Below the pieces are notes generated by a model. That model saw nothing but the letters and a program-made list of their open reading frames with translations. It did no database searches and was not told the DNA's origin. A stretch of DNA of 64,000 bases from Gemmatimonadota bacterium (GTDB lineage Bacteria; Gemmatimonadota; Gemmatimonadetes; Gemmatimonadales; Gemmatimonadaceae): the NCBI GenBank assembly GCA_027307165.1, contig DAHUXM010000016.1, forward strand, positions 182,874 to 246,873, read 5' to 3'. Each line of letters starts with the position of its first letter. Position 1 is the first letter of the stretch. Positions 46,825 through 56,548 of this stretch are shown in pieces. Position numbers and translations under genes: made by a program.

Positions 46825-49308
46825 ATGCCACCCACTAAAAGCCGCGCCCGCGGCGCTACCCGCACCACTGCCGCAGCGCCGGCGCCCAGCCAGCCGGCCA
46901 CGGAGACCTCGCCCGACGCCCGCACCCTTCCCGTGCTCGCGCTCCGCGACGTGGTCTTCTTCCCGAACGTGATCATGCCGCTCCTCATCGGACGGCGGTC
47001 ATCGCTCGGCGCGCTGGACGAGGCGGGACTTGGCTCGGGCGACGTCCTGCTCGTCGCACAACGCGACGCGTCGGACGAGGAGCCGGGCGGATCGGATCTC
47101 TTCCGAACCGGCGTGATCGCTCGCGTGATTCAGCTGAGCAGACTGCCAAACGGGGGCAGCAAGGTCCTTCTCGAGGGACGGGAGCGCGCCCGCGTGACGA
47201 GATTCGTACGCAGACGGCGCGGGATTCTCCACGCAGACGTGCGCCTTGACCCGCTCGTCGCCTCCGGCCACGAAGATGCGCGGCTCACCGACGCAACGGC
47301 GCGGCGCGCAGTCGCGCTGTTCGAGGAATACGTCGAGCTGCAGCGCCGCATACCGTCCGAGGTGATCGCTCTCGTACAGAGCGCCGTCACACCGGAACGC
47401 CAGGCCTACGGAATAGCAGCGCACGTTCCGGCCGCACTGGAAGTGCGCCAGCGGATTCTGGAATCCGCGACGCTCGAAGATGCGTTCAGCGCGATTACCG
47501 TGCTGCTCGCCGGCGAGATCGAAGTGCTGCGCATCGAGCGCAAGCTGGACGACGATACGCGCGGCGCGATGTATCAGACGCAACGCGAGTTCTATCTGCA
47601 GGAACAGCTCAAGCTCATCCACCGCGAGCTTGGCCAGGATGACGCCGATGACGTGAGCGAGCTGGAATCTTCGCTGCAGGCGAAGGCGCTTCCCGAGCCG
47701 GTGCGAATGCGCGTGCAGCGTGAATTGCGAAAGCTGCGTCGCATGGCGCCCACATCGCCCGAGTACACGGTCTCTCGCAACTTCCTTGACTGGATCGGTG
47801 CCCTGCCCTGGGACGAGCGCACAACCGAAGCCCTGGACGTCGCGCACGCGCGACGTGTGCTGGACGAGGATCATTACGGCCTTCAGGACGTCAAGGACCG
47901 GATTCTCGACTTCATCGCAGTGCTGTCGCTCGTCGGCCGCATAGACGGCCCCATCCTCTGCCTCGTAGGGCCGCCCGGCGTCGGCAAGACGTCGCTCGGG
48001 CGATCCATCGCACGTGCGCTTGGCCGCAAGTTCGTGCGCATGTCGCTCGGCGGCGTGCGTGACGAAGCGGAGATTCGTGGACATCGGCGCACGTACATAG
48101 GCTCGATGCCGGGCCGAGTGATTCAGGCGATGCGGAAGGCCGAGGTTGTGAATCCTGTGATACTGCTGGACGAGATCGACAAGCTCGGGCTGGATTACAG
48201 AGGCGACCCCGCGGCTGCTCTTCTCGAGGTTCTGGATCCGGAACAGAACTCGGCATTCAACGATCACTACCTCGAAGTCGATTACGATCTCTCGCAGGCT
48301 CTGTTCTTGACCACCGCGAATTCGCTCGCGACGATTCCCGACGCGTTGCGCGACAGAATGGAGATCATTCGCGTGCCTGGTTATCTCGATCAGGAGAAGC
48401 TCGCAATCGCACGCAAGTATCTCGTTCCACGCCAGTTGGAAGCGAATGGTCTCGATGTGAGTGAGGTGAAGCTCGACGCCGACGTGTTGCCGGCGATTCT
48501 CCGCTCCTACACACGCGAGGCCGGCGTGCGCGAGCTGGACAGGCAGATCGCGAAGCTTGCGCGCAAGCTGGCGCGTCGTCAGGCGGAAGCGGGCGAGCAG
48601 ACGATTGCATCGCAGCACGTCACTGCGTCCGATCTCCACGGCATGCTCGGCGTGGAGCGCTACGACGCGGATCTCGCGAGCCTCGAAGACAAGGTCGGCG
48701 TCGCTCGCGGGCTGGCATACACTACAGCGGGCGGTGAGACACTCGAGATCGAAGTGAGCGTCGTGCGCGGTCGCGGCAAGATCTCGCTCACAGGCACGCT
48801 TGGCGACGTGATGAAGGAATCAGCGTCGGCAGCGATGAGTTACGTGCGCGGCCGCGCCGATGAGCTTGGTGTGGCGGCGGATTTCTATCGCACGCGAGAC
48901 ATCCACATTCACATCCCGGACGGCGCAACGCCGAAGGATGGACCGAGCGCTGGTATAGCGATCGCGACGGCTGTTGCGAGCGCGCTGACGGGCATTCCGG
49001 TGCGCGGCGATCTCGCCATGACGGGTGAGATAACGCTGCGCGGACGCGTGCTTCCGATCGGGGGTCTCAAGGAGAAGTCGGTCGCAGCGCATCGGAATCA
49101 CGTAGTGGACGTGATAATCCCGCACGCCAACGCGCGTGATCTCGAAGAGCTGCCACAGGAAGTACGCGACGCAATTCGCTTCCATCCAGTGAAGACGATG
49201 GACGAGGTGCTCAAGCTCGCACTTCGCGGTGCGTCGCCTGATGCTGCTGCGCAGCGCACGCGAAAGCGTCCACGCAGTCAGGCGGTCGCGGCCGTGAGCG
49301 CGCATTAG
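46825..49308 (+). CDS. lon: ATP-dependent Lon protease (full length)
   Basis: LON N-domain '[23 protein letters not shown]', Walker A 'GPPGVGKTS', 'ILLDEIDK' and the protease Ser region '[10 protein letters not shown]'. The ORF opens at 46663 inside the repeat region and is trimmed to ATG 46825. Confidence 0.92.
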   Translation: MPPTKSRARGATRTTAAAPAPSQPATETSPDARTLPVLALRDVVFFPNVIMPLLIGRRSSLGALDEAGLGSGDVLLVAQRDASDEEPGGSDLFRTGVIARVIQLSRLPNGGSKVLLEGRERARVTRFVRRRRGILHADVRLDPLVASGHEDARLTDATARRAVALFEEYVELQRRIPSEVIALVQSAVTPERQAYGIAAHVPAALEVRQRILESATLEDAFSAITVLLAGEIEVLRIERKLDDDTRGAMYQTQREFYLQEQLKLIHRELGQDDADDVSELESSLQAKALPEPVRMRVQRELRKLRRMAPTSPEYTVSRNFLDWIGALPWDERTTEALDVAHARRVLDEDHYGLQDVKDRILDFIAVLSLVGRIDGPILCLVGPPGVGKTSLGRSIARALGRKFVRMSLGGVRDEAEIRGHRRTYIGSMPGRVIQAMRKAEVVNPVILLDEIDKLGLDYRGDPAAALLEVLDPEQNSAFNDHYLEVDYDLSQALFLTTANSLATIPDALRDRMEIIRVPGYLDQEKLAIARKYLVPRQLEANGLDVSEVKLDADVLPAILRSYTREAGVRELDRQIAKLARKLARRQAEAGEQTIASQHVTASDLHGMLGVERYDADLASLEDKVGVARGLAYTTAGGETLEIEVSVVRGRGKISLTGTLGDVMKESASAAMSYVRGRADELGVAADFYRTRDIHIHIPDGATPKDGPSAGIAIATAVASALTGIPVRGDLAMTGEITLRGRVLPIGGLKEKSVAAHRNHVVDVIIPHANARDLEELPQEVRDAIRFHPVKTMDEVLKLALRGASPDAAAQRTRKRPRSQAVAAVSAH

Positions 49309-49934
49309 TGTCTGCGATGGCATCCACTGATCCGCTGGTGATCCGCTCACTCGAGTTTGTTGGGGGACTGGCGAGCGTTGGTGGATGGAGACCGGAGCTC
49401 GATCTCCCGGAGATTGCGTTTGCGGGCCGGTCCAACGTCGGCAAATCATCGCTGTTGAACAAGCTGCTCAAGCGGCGCAGCTTCGTGCGCGTGAGCAAGA
49501 CGCCGGGCCGCACTCGCGAGATCAACTTCTTCAAGGTGAATGGCACGTTTCTGCTCGCCGATCTTCCCGGTTATGGGTATGCCAAGGTGTCGAAGACGAG
49601 ATCGGCGGAATGGGGCCCGTTGATCGAGTCGTATCTGCGCAGCACCAGACAGCTCCGCGGTGTGGTCCAGTTGCTCGACGTACGCCACGACCCGACCGAA
49701 GAAGACCGTCAGATGCTGGATTTTCTTGCCGACGTGAGCGTCCCAGTCATGTTCGTCGCAACCAAGACCGACAAGTTGTCGCACGCCGCGGCGAAGCGGC
49801 GCGTGCAGGAGCTCGCAATCATGCTGCAGGTGGACGAGGATCACATAATCCCGTTCAGTGCACAGACAGGCGCGGGACGTGATGAGCTCGCGGAGGCGAT
49901 TTCCGGCTTGCTTGCTCCGGAGCCGGCTGCTTGA
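49308..49934 (+). CDS. engB: ribosome-biogenesis GTPase YihA/EngB
   Basis: 'GRSNVGKSSLLN', 'DLPGYGYA' and 'TKTDK'. The start is either GTG 49308 (1-nt overlap with the lon stop) or ATG 49317. Confidence 0.85.
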   Translation: MSAMASTDPLVIRSLEFVGGLASVGGWRPELDLPEIAFAGRSNVGKSSLLNKLLKRRSFVRVSKTPGRTREINFFKVNGTFLLADLPGYGYAKVSKTRSAEWGPLIESYLRSTRQLRGVVQLLDVRHDPTEEDRQMLDFLADVSVPVMFVATKTDKLSHAAAKRRVQELAIMLQVDEDHIIPFSAQTGAGRDELAEAISGLLAPEPAA

Positions 49935-50593
49935 CGGTCAGCCGGCGGCTCTTCTCCGGGCTGATGGTGCTTGGCGCCGTTCCGTTCACTGCCTGCACCA
50001 CCGTTCCCAGCTCGGGTCCTCAGGCTTCGGTGCCAGTGGCGGGAGTACCGCAGGCCGACACCGCTGGCATCACTCTGCTTCCGCCAGGCTACGGATCGTT
50101 GCGGCAGGACGACCTGTCGTTGCACATCGACGCCGGAACGGTTCTCGTGCGTGCGCTGCCACTGGACGAGGCGCTGATTCGATTGCTGACGCCGGACTCC
50201 TACCGTGCGCTGCACGATCTCAAGGAAGGAAGTCGCACCCAGATCGAAGCGATCGCGCGTCGCTATGGCGGCCGGCCGGTCTCCGTATGGCTGGTATCGT
50301 TCTACGGCGTCGAGCCGAATGCGCGGTTCACTCCTGGCGACCTCATCGTCACGAGCGGCGGCCGCGACTTCCGTCCGTATGACATTCTCGCACTGACAGT
50401 CGGCTTCGGCGAGAACCGCCTGAGGCAGCGCGAAACGCAGAGCGCGTTGTACGTGTACGACGGTGATGTGCAGGTGAACCAGCCCGTCTCCATCGCATAT
50501 CAGGGCTCAGTCGACAACAGCTGGGATCAGACGCTCCAGGTGATAGAGCGCGAGCGCGCGATGGTGCGTGCGCGGTCCGGAAAACCGAATTAG
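49931..50593 (+). CDS. hypothetical lipoprotein
   Basis: TTG start in a TTGA overlap with engB. Lipobox 'VPFTAC'. No family recognised. Confidence 0.55.
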   Translation: MTVSRRLFSGLMVLGAVPFTACTTVPSSGPQASVPVAGVPQADTAGITLLPPGYGSLRQDDLSLHIDAGTVLVRALPLDEALIRLLTPDSYRALHDLKEGSRTQIEAIARRYGGRPVSVWLVSFYGVEPNARFTPGDLIVTSGGRDFRPYDILALTVGFGENRLRQRETQSALYVYDGDVQVNQPVSIAYQGSVDNSWDQTLQVIERERAMVRARSGKPN

Positions 50594-50607
50594 CTTACCA
50601 TCCTACC

Positions 50608-51444
50608 ATGGCGATTCTCCCACTACGAAAGCTTGCCGACTCTCCCACTGAACCGCTGAAGCGCGCGTTTCTGCAGGAGATCGAAGACGCACTCGATTCC
50701 GCCGTAGATCGCAATGAGCTGTGCAGAAAGGTGCTCTGCTCGCTGAGCTATCCCGAGTACGCCGACGGATGGGAGACGGCGGTTGAAGACGAGTCGCTTC
50801 CATCAGCGACCCGACTGGCCCTGCTGGCGCTGGATCCGCGCAACGTCACACTCGAGCCGGAATATTACGCCGAGTGTGACGGAGCAGCGTTCGCGCTCAC
50901 CAAACCGCTGCTGTGGCTGTGGTATTCCTTCGATCGCACTCCCCTCGGCGGTCAGAACGTCGATCTCGGTATCAGGTTACGGCGGATTCTGGCCCAGCGT
51001 ATTTTCCGGAAGTGTGGCGAGAACTTCAAGGCGTTTCAGAACGTCGAAGTGTCGTTCGGCTACAACCTCGAAGTCGGCGACAACGTAGTAGTTCATCGCA
51101 ACGTGCTGCTGGACGATCGCGGCGGCATCGTGCTGGGCGACCGGGTATCGATCAGCGATTTCGCGAACATCTACAGCCACACTCACAGCATCGTCGACCA
51201 GCGCGACGTCACCGACGCCGTGACGCGGATCGATGACGACGTGCGCATAACCTACCATGCGACGGTTCTTGCCGGGGTTCACGTGGGGGAGAACGGGATG
51301 GTCGGTGCGGGCGCGATCGCCACGAAGGACGTGCGGCCGTACCACGTGCACGTCGGAATCCCCGCCAAGAGTATTCGGGTCAAACCCAATGCTCCGGCCG
51401 ACGTATTCCACCTGACGACGATCAAGCCACCAAAGCCATTATGA
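50608..51444 (+). CDS. left-handed beta-helix (hexapeptide-repeat) acyltransferase
   Basis: The C-terminal half shows hexapeptide periodicity ('VGDNVVVHRNVLLDDRGGIVLGDRVSISDFANIY', 'VGENGMVGAGAIATKDV'). The N-terminal about 110 aa are unassigned. Confidence 0.7.
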   Translation: MAILPLRKLADSPTEPLKRAFLQEIEDALDSAVDRNELCRKVLCSLSYPEYADGWETAVEDESLPSATRLALLALDPRNVTLEPEYYAECDGAAFALTKPLLWLWYSFDRTPLGGQNVDLGIRLRRILAQRIFRKCGENFKAFQNVEVSFGYNLEVGDNVVVHRNVLLDDRGGIVLGDRVSISDFANIYSHTHSIVDQRDVTDAVTRIDDDVRITYHATVLAGVHVGENGMVGAGAIATKDVRPYHVHVGIPAKSIRVKPNAPADVFHLTTIKPPKPL

Positions 51445-51986
51445 TGGACGCTGACCGGTTCGTGAAAGGTCAGACTCTTGAAGAGTTTGTGACGGCAGCG
51501 ATGAAGTACCAGGAGTTATGGACACTCGGCGCGAAACGCGCAACCGTCCCCGCCGACGTCATCGAGCAATTCGATACACTGCGAGCGCCCGTCCGTCTCA
51601 TCGCGCTCAACGAAGACTGGTGTCTCGATGCGGTTGGCGTCGTGCCGTACGTCTCGAAGCTTGCCGACGAGCATCCGCTCGTGGAGTTTCGGAGCTTCGG
51701 GCGGGATGCCAACCCGGATCTGATGGATGCGCATCTCACTGGCGCATCGCGAGCCATCCCGGTCGTGATCGCGTATGATGTGGATTGGAACGAGCTGGGC
51801 TGGTGGGGTCCGCGCCCTGCCGAGCTGCAGGAATGGGTCAGGACCGAGGGCGACCTGTTGCCCAAACCGGAGCGGTATCACTACATGCGACAGTGGTACG
51901 CGCGCGATCGCGGCGCGACGTCGCTGCGCGAGATCGCCAGCATGGTGATGAACTCACTGGGCACACACACCGCAGCAACGGGATGA
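51441..51986 (+). CDS. thioredoxin-like family protein
   Basis: ATGA overlap with the upstream gene. 'LIALNEDWCLDAVGVVPYVSKLA' resembles the single-Cys 'WCxD' thioredoxin-like fold family. Weak call. Confidence 0.55.
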   Translation: MMDADRFVKGQTLEEFVTAAMKYQELWTLGAKRATVPADVIEQFDTLRAPVRLIALNEDWCLDAVGVVPYVSKLADEHPLVEFRSFGRDANPDLMDAHLTGASRAIPVVIAYDVDWNELGWWGPRPAELQEWVRTEGDLLPKPERYHYMRQWYARDRGATSLREIASMVMNSLGTHTAATG

Positions 51987-52092
51987 CGTGAAAGGACGAC
52001 GTAGAAAGGCGACGTAGAACGATGATGCAGGGCGCGTCCAGCTTGCGCTGCAACCAGTCGGTTCGGCGTAGGTTGTCGGTCGGAGGCACTCG

Positions 52093-54384
52093 ATGGAACG
52101 CGCAGCAGGATCGACCGACGAATGGATTCTCCCAGTATTGCGCGAGCTGCTGACGTCGGCCCAGTTCGCAGCGGTCGCGAAGGACACGACGGCGAGCAAG
52201 TGGTGCGTCGCGGTCTCCAGCGGATTTACGACTGACGACGCGATTCTGCGCGCCATAGCGCGACGAACGCGAATGCGCGTAGCTGGCGCGCTCACCTCGT
52301 CACCGCAAGCCGTGGCTCGTGTTCCGGAGCGACTTGCGCGGCGATATTCGATTCTGCCGCTGTCTGTGTCTGCAAGTACGATAGATGTCGCCACCGCCAA
52401 TCCCTACGATCTCCACTGCGAGCAGGCGATCGCGTTTGCAGCCGGTCGACGAGTACGAATGTCGCTAGCACTTCCGGCACGGATAACCGAACGCCTGGAG
52501 GAAGTGTATCGACCCGCATCGGTAGTCGAGCGGCTGCTGGCGTCAGTTGGGCCCGTCTCCGTGCATCAGGTCGAGCCCGACACAGACCCGGCAACCGCAA
52601 CGCAGCTCGCCGACAGCGCGAGAGAGAGACCGATCATCAAGCTCGTCGACCATATCGTCGCGGAAGGAATTGCGGCGAGAGCGAGCGACATTCATCTCGA
52701 GTCCGAGGAGGACGCAATTTCGGTTCGCTATCGAGTGGACGGCGTGTTGCGGACCGCGATGACTCTTCCGCGCGCAATCGGACTGCCACTCGTGTCGCGC
52801 GTCAAGATAATGTCACGACTCGACATTGCCGATCGGTTGCGTCCGCAGGGCGGACGCGCGCTGGTAATGGTGGAGGGCGAACGGATCGATCTCCGCGTGT
52901 CGACGCTTCCGGCGGCGCACGGTGAGAAAGTGGTAATCCGCATCCTCGATGCGCGTGGCGGCGTTCGCTCGCTCGACGCACTCGGCTTCGACGACACCGA
53001 TGCAGCGCGGCTGACGCGGCTGCTCGAAACACGCGAAGGATTGATTCTCGTGACCGGCCCGACCGGCTCCGGCAAGACCACGACGCTGTACTCTGCCCTG
53101 CATTCACTCGTATCACGCGGATTGAATGTGATCACGGTCGAAGATCCGGTCGAGTACCGGATTCCAGGGATAGTGCAATCTCAGGTGAACGAGAAGGCCG
53201 GGCTGACGTTCGCCGCGGCGCTGCGATCGATTCTGCGACAGGACCCGGACGTGATTCTCGTCGGAGAGATTCGCGACGCTGAAACTGCCGCGATTGCGAT
53301 CCAGGCCGCGCTTACCGGACACCTCGTCTTCGCGACCCTTCACACCATCGACGCCGCGAGTTCCATCACCAGGCTCGGCGACCTTGGCGTCGATCCAGCG
53401 AAAACCGGAACGGCGCTCAAGGGAGTGGTAGCGCAGCGGCTGTTGCGCCGTATGTGTTCCGCCTGCGCGTGCGACAGCGACGAGCCGATTCCGCCGTCGC
53501 TCTGGGATTGCATCCCGAACGGTGCGCGGCTCAAGGCCGGCGCCGGTTGCGATGTCTGCGCGGGAACGGGCTTCAGAGGCCGCATGGCTGCCGTCGAGTT
53601 GCTGACGATGACTCCGACGCTCACGCGTCTCACAGTGACGAGCGCTCCAGCGCCCGTCATCACCGCCGCCGCACGCGCCGAGGGAATGCGCTCGCTCTGG
53701 ACCAGTGGCGTCGCGCGAATTATGAGTGGCGAGACGACGGCTGCTGAAGTTTCACGGGTGCTGGATTCCGAGACGAACAGGGCCGGTGACGGCGATCAGG
53801 CCAGTGCCGAGCAAACAGACGATTGGCCTTCGCGGGACGCCAAATTGCCTGCGACGTCGCCATATTCCGAGCATGGTACACAACCCGGAATGCCCGAGCG
53901 GCGTGTGGGGACAGATTCGATGACGCGAATCGAAGTTGGTGTGGTGGATGTTTACGTGATCGACCCACAGACCGAGACGTGGAGAGTGCTGGCGCTGCGG
54001 CGAGGAACCGGAACTCGCTGTCCTGGCGCCTGGGAGGCAGTCCACGGCCGCATCGAGTCCGAAGAGACGCCGGAGGACGCGGCGGTGCGCGAAGTGCTCG
54101 AGGAGACGGGTCTCACAATCCGTCGCCTGTACAACATCACCGTGCACTCTTTCTATCTGCATCAGACGGCGCGCGTGGAAGTCGCGATTGTGTTCTGCGC
54201 GTTCGTCGACAGCGGAGCGATCGTTACGCTCGGACAGGAACATGTCGAGTACACGTGGCTGAGCATGGAGGACGCAGCGGCGCGATTCCTATGGCCGCGC
54301 GCGACGCAAGCGCTGGGTGAGATACGACAGTTGTTGGGGAGTGGTGACGCGGGACCGGCGGAGGATGTGCTGAGGGTGTTGTGA
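52093..54384 (+). CDS. GspE/PilB-family secretion/pilus ATPase fused in frame to a C-terminal NUDIX hydrolase domain
   Basis: N-terminal T2SSE_N-like region, Walker A 'GPTGSGKTTT', 'VILVGEIRD', His box 'TGHLVFATLHT' and a tetra-Cys cluster. An about 50-aa linker follows, then the Nudix box 'GRIESEETPEDAAVREVLEETGL' (NUDIX part 53920..54384). Confidence 0.8.
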   Translation: MERAAGSTDEWILPVLRELLTSAQFAAVAKDTTASKWCVAVSSGFTTDDAILRAIARRTRMRVAGALTSSPQAVARVPERLARRYSILPLSVSASTIDVATANPYDLHCEQAIAFAAGRRVRMSLALPARITERLEEVYRPASVVERLLASVGPVSVHQVEPDTDPATATQLADSARERPIIKLVDHIVAEGIAARASDIHLESEEDAISVRYRVDGVLRTAMTLPRAIGLPLVSRVKIMSRLDIADRLRPQGGRALVMVEGERIDLRVSTLPAAHGEKVVIRILDARGGVRSLDALGFDDTDAARLTRLLETREGLILVTGPTGSGKTTTLYSALHSLVSRGLNVITVEDPVEYRIPGIVQSQVNEKAGLTFAAALRSILRQDPDVILVGEIRDAETAAIAIQAALTGHLVFATLHTIDAASSITRLGDLGVDPAKTGTALKGVVAQRLLRRMCSACACDSDEPIPPSLWDCIPNGARLKAGAGCDVCAGTGFRGRMAAVELLTMTPTLTRLTVTSAPAPVITAAARAEGMRSLWTSGVARIMSGETTAAEVSRVLDSETNRAGDGDQASAEQTDDWPSRDAKLPATSPYSEHGTQPGMPERRVGTDSMTRIEVGVVDVYVIDPQTETWRVLALRRGTGTRCPGAWEAVHGRIESEETPEDAAVREVLEETGLTIRRLYNITVHSFYLHQTARVEVAIVFCAFVDSGAIVTLGQEHVEYTWLSMEDAAARFLWPRATQALGEIRQLLGSGDAGPAEDVLRVL

Positions 54385-54472
54385 TACGTTTCGGGTCACG
54401 GCCCATGACCGTCGTCGTCAGGAACGGTGCTCGCGATTCGTTGACGTGGCAACGGCGACACGAGCAGAACAC

Positions 54473-56533
54473 TTACAGAATCGGCCAGAAGTCCCGACTC
54501 ACGTCGAAGTAAAAGCTCCATCGCCCGTCACGTGTCCCGCGCGCAACGTCGAAGCGCAGCAGATCGAATACGCTGAGCAACCCCACACCCGCGCTCGGAT
54601 ACCACCCCTTGCCATCGACCCACGCGGTATGAACGAACGGCGCCAGCGTCGCGGTCGCCGGTGCGCGTCCCCACTCGCCGAGCGGCACGGGGACGAACGG
54701 AACCTTCGCTCGCCACTCCACGTGCACCGCACCAGCGCGCTCGCCAACGAGTGAGTGAAAGTCGTATCCCGGCGCCGTTACCGGTCCGCCGAGTGCGATG
54801 AGAGACTGTGGCGGAGTCCGCGTTCCGCTCGTGAGACCCGCGGCCAGCATCGATATCGCCAACTGACCGGTAGAGAATGTACGAGTCGCCGCAAAGGTGC
54901 CGATACCCTTCCCCGACTCGGTCACGAAATGCGCTAGCGCATCCTCTCGATCGTGCACCGCCGAAAGCGACAGCGCCGCTGATGCGTCCATCCCGAACAG
55001 ATCGAAGCGCGGCGCGTCGAGCCTGAGCGTCGCTCGAGCTTCGATCAACGACGTCGCAGGCTGCGGTGGAGCGAAGTGTCCCGACGCTGGCTCTCCATGA
55101 TCGGTGGCCATCGCCTGCCTCTCCACCGCAATCTCGAATGTCGGACGCAACGACATTGCGGTCGGCGCAAAGAGCGAGAGCGACCCGCCGCGTGCGCTGA
55201 AAAGACCGGTGTAATCGCTGCCGTACTCCTGCGTCGCAAAGCTGTTGATCAGCCCCGAGCGCTCGGGAACCACCGACACGTCGTGCAACGCACGATAGGC
55301 CGCGACGCTGACCCCTGCTCCGCTATTCGACGCATAGGTCAGCGCAGCATGCGGCTTCCAGTCGCGATCCGAAAATCCATAGCCGGCACCGGCGTTGAGC
55401 GATAGATGCGGAGCGGGATAGACCGTAGCCCCGGCGCCGACAGCGATTCCCTCGACGCGATTGACATGAACGAACTGCGACACCGAAGAGCCGGCCAGCG
55501 CCAGCGTGCGCGCACGCTCCACAGTCCGTGCACGCACGAGATCGCTCACCTCGCTGTGAAGCTTCGCAACATCCGAGCTGGCAAACGACTGCACATCTGG
55601 TGGAATCGAATCAAGCACAGTCCCGGGGAACTTGAATCCAGGGGTCGTGACCTCGCCGCTCCGCGTAACTACCGCACCCGGTGCAGTCTCTATCTCCGGG
55701 CCCCGATCGAACACCGCATCGACCGGCACGTTCACGTCATAATCCGAAATCTCCCACCGTCCTCGAATTATTCCGCGCGCTGGGTAGTCGAGCCAGGTTC
55801 CCGTCCTCCGGATCTCCACTTCCTGCCGCCTGGGCAACCAGAACCGCCCCTCGATCAACCCGCTCTCGAGTACGACGGAGATATCCTCCAGGTCCTTGTC
55901 CCTGTACGCGGCGCGCGTGAACCCGATCGCCATGCGCACCACAGATCCGGTCTCCCGGTCCACGTACACGGATCCGATCGCACGCGCAGCATTCTGATCC
56001 TTGGGCCGGAACCGTAGCTGTACCACGTCCAGCGTTCGATCGCCCAGCCGGATCTGCAGCGAGTCACCAACAGCAAAGTCGTAATCGTTGAGTCCGGACG
56101 GCGACAGCGGATGGGGGACATCCTGCACCTCGTCGCCGTCGCCAATCCTGATGAAGCTCGGGAAGTTGTTCTGCACTATCCCGAGATGGTCCCGGTGATA
56201 ATTGATGTCGGTGGGCAGAACCAGCGTATCGCGGCGTCCCTTGATCAACTGTTTGCTGAGCGACGGCGCCTTCCAGTAGATATCTGACGCGATCTGGTCG
56301 GCGCGGACTATCTTCGGAGGATCGGGAAAGCCCTTGCCCAACTGGGCAAGAAAGGTCAGGTAACCCCTGGCCTCTGCCTTGTAGCTTTTTAGCCCGCTAT
56401 CGGCGAGCTGAGCGGCACGAACCGCGGTCGCGTGAGTCGCCAGGCTCTCGGCGCGCGCGGAGTTCCAGTCCTGGGCGGCGATGGCGACGGGAGCGAGAAG
56501 AATTACCAGCCCCGTTGTCATGGTGCGCTTCAT
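54473..56533 (-). CDS. hypothetical secreted / outer-membrane protein
   Basis: Signal peptide 'LLAPVAIAAQD'. The C-terminal about 350 aa have an alternating beta-barrel-like pattern rich in G/A/S/Y. No family assigned with confidence. Confidence 0.55.
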   Translation of the reverse strand: MKRTMTTGLVILLAPVAIAAQDWNSARAESLATHATAVRAAQLADSGLKSYKAEARGYLTFLAQLGKGFPDPPKIVRADQIASDIYWKAPSLSKQLIKGRRDTLVLPTDINYHRDHLGIVQNNFPSFIRIGDGDEVQDVPHPLSPSGLNDYDFAVGDSLQIRLGDRTLDVVQLRFRPKDQNAARAIGSVYVDRETGSVVRMAIGFTRAAYRDKDLEDISVVLESGLIEGRFWLPRRQEVEIRRTGTWLDYPARGIIRGRWEISDYDVNVPVDAVFDRGPEIETAPGAVVTRSGEVTTPGFKFPGTVLDSIPPDVQSFASSDVAKLHSEVSDLVRARTVERARTLALAGSSVSQFVHVNRVEGIAVGAGATVYPAPHLSLNAGAGYGFSDRDWKPHAALTYASNSGAGVSVAAYRALHDVSVVPERSGLINSFATQEYGSDYTGLFSARGGSLSLFAPTAMSLRPTFEIAVERQAMATDHGEPASGHFAPPQPATSLIEARATLRLDAPRFDLFGMDASAALSLSAVHDREDALAHFVTESGKGIGTFAATRTFSTGQLAISMLAAGLTSGTRTPPQSLIALGGPVTAPGYDFHSLVGERAGAVHVEWRAKVPFVPVPLGEWGRAPATATLAPFVHTAWVDGKGWYPSAGVGLLSVFDLLRFDVARGTRDGRWSFYFDVSRDFWPIL

Positions 56534-56548
56534 CCCTCAACTTAACGC

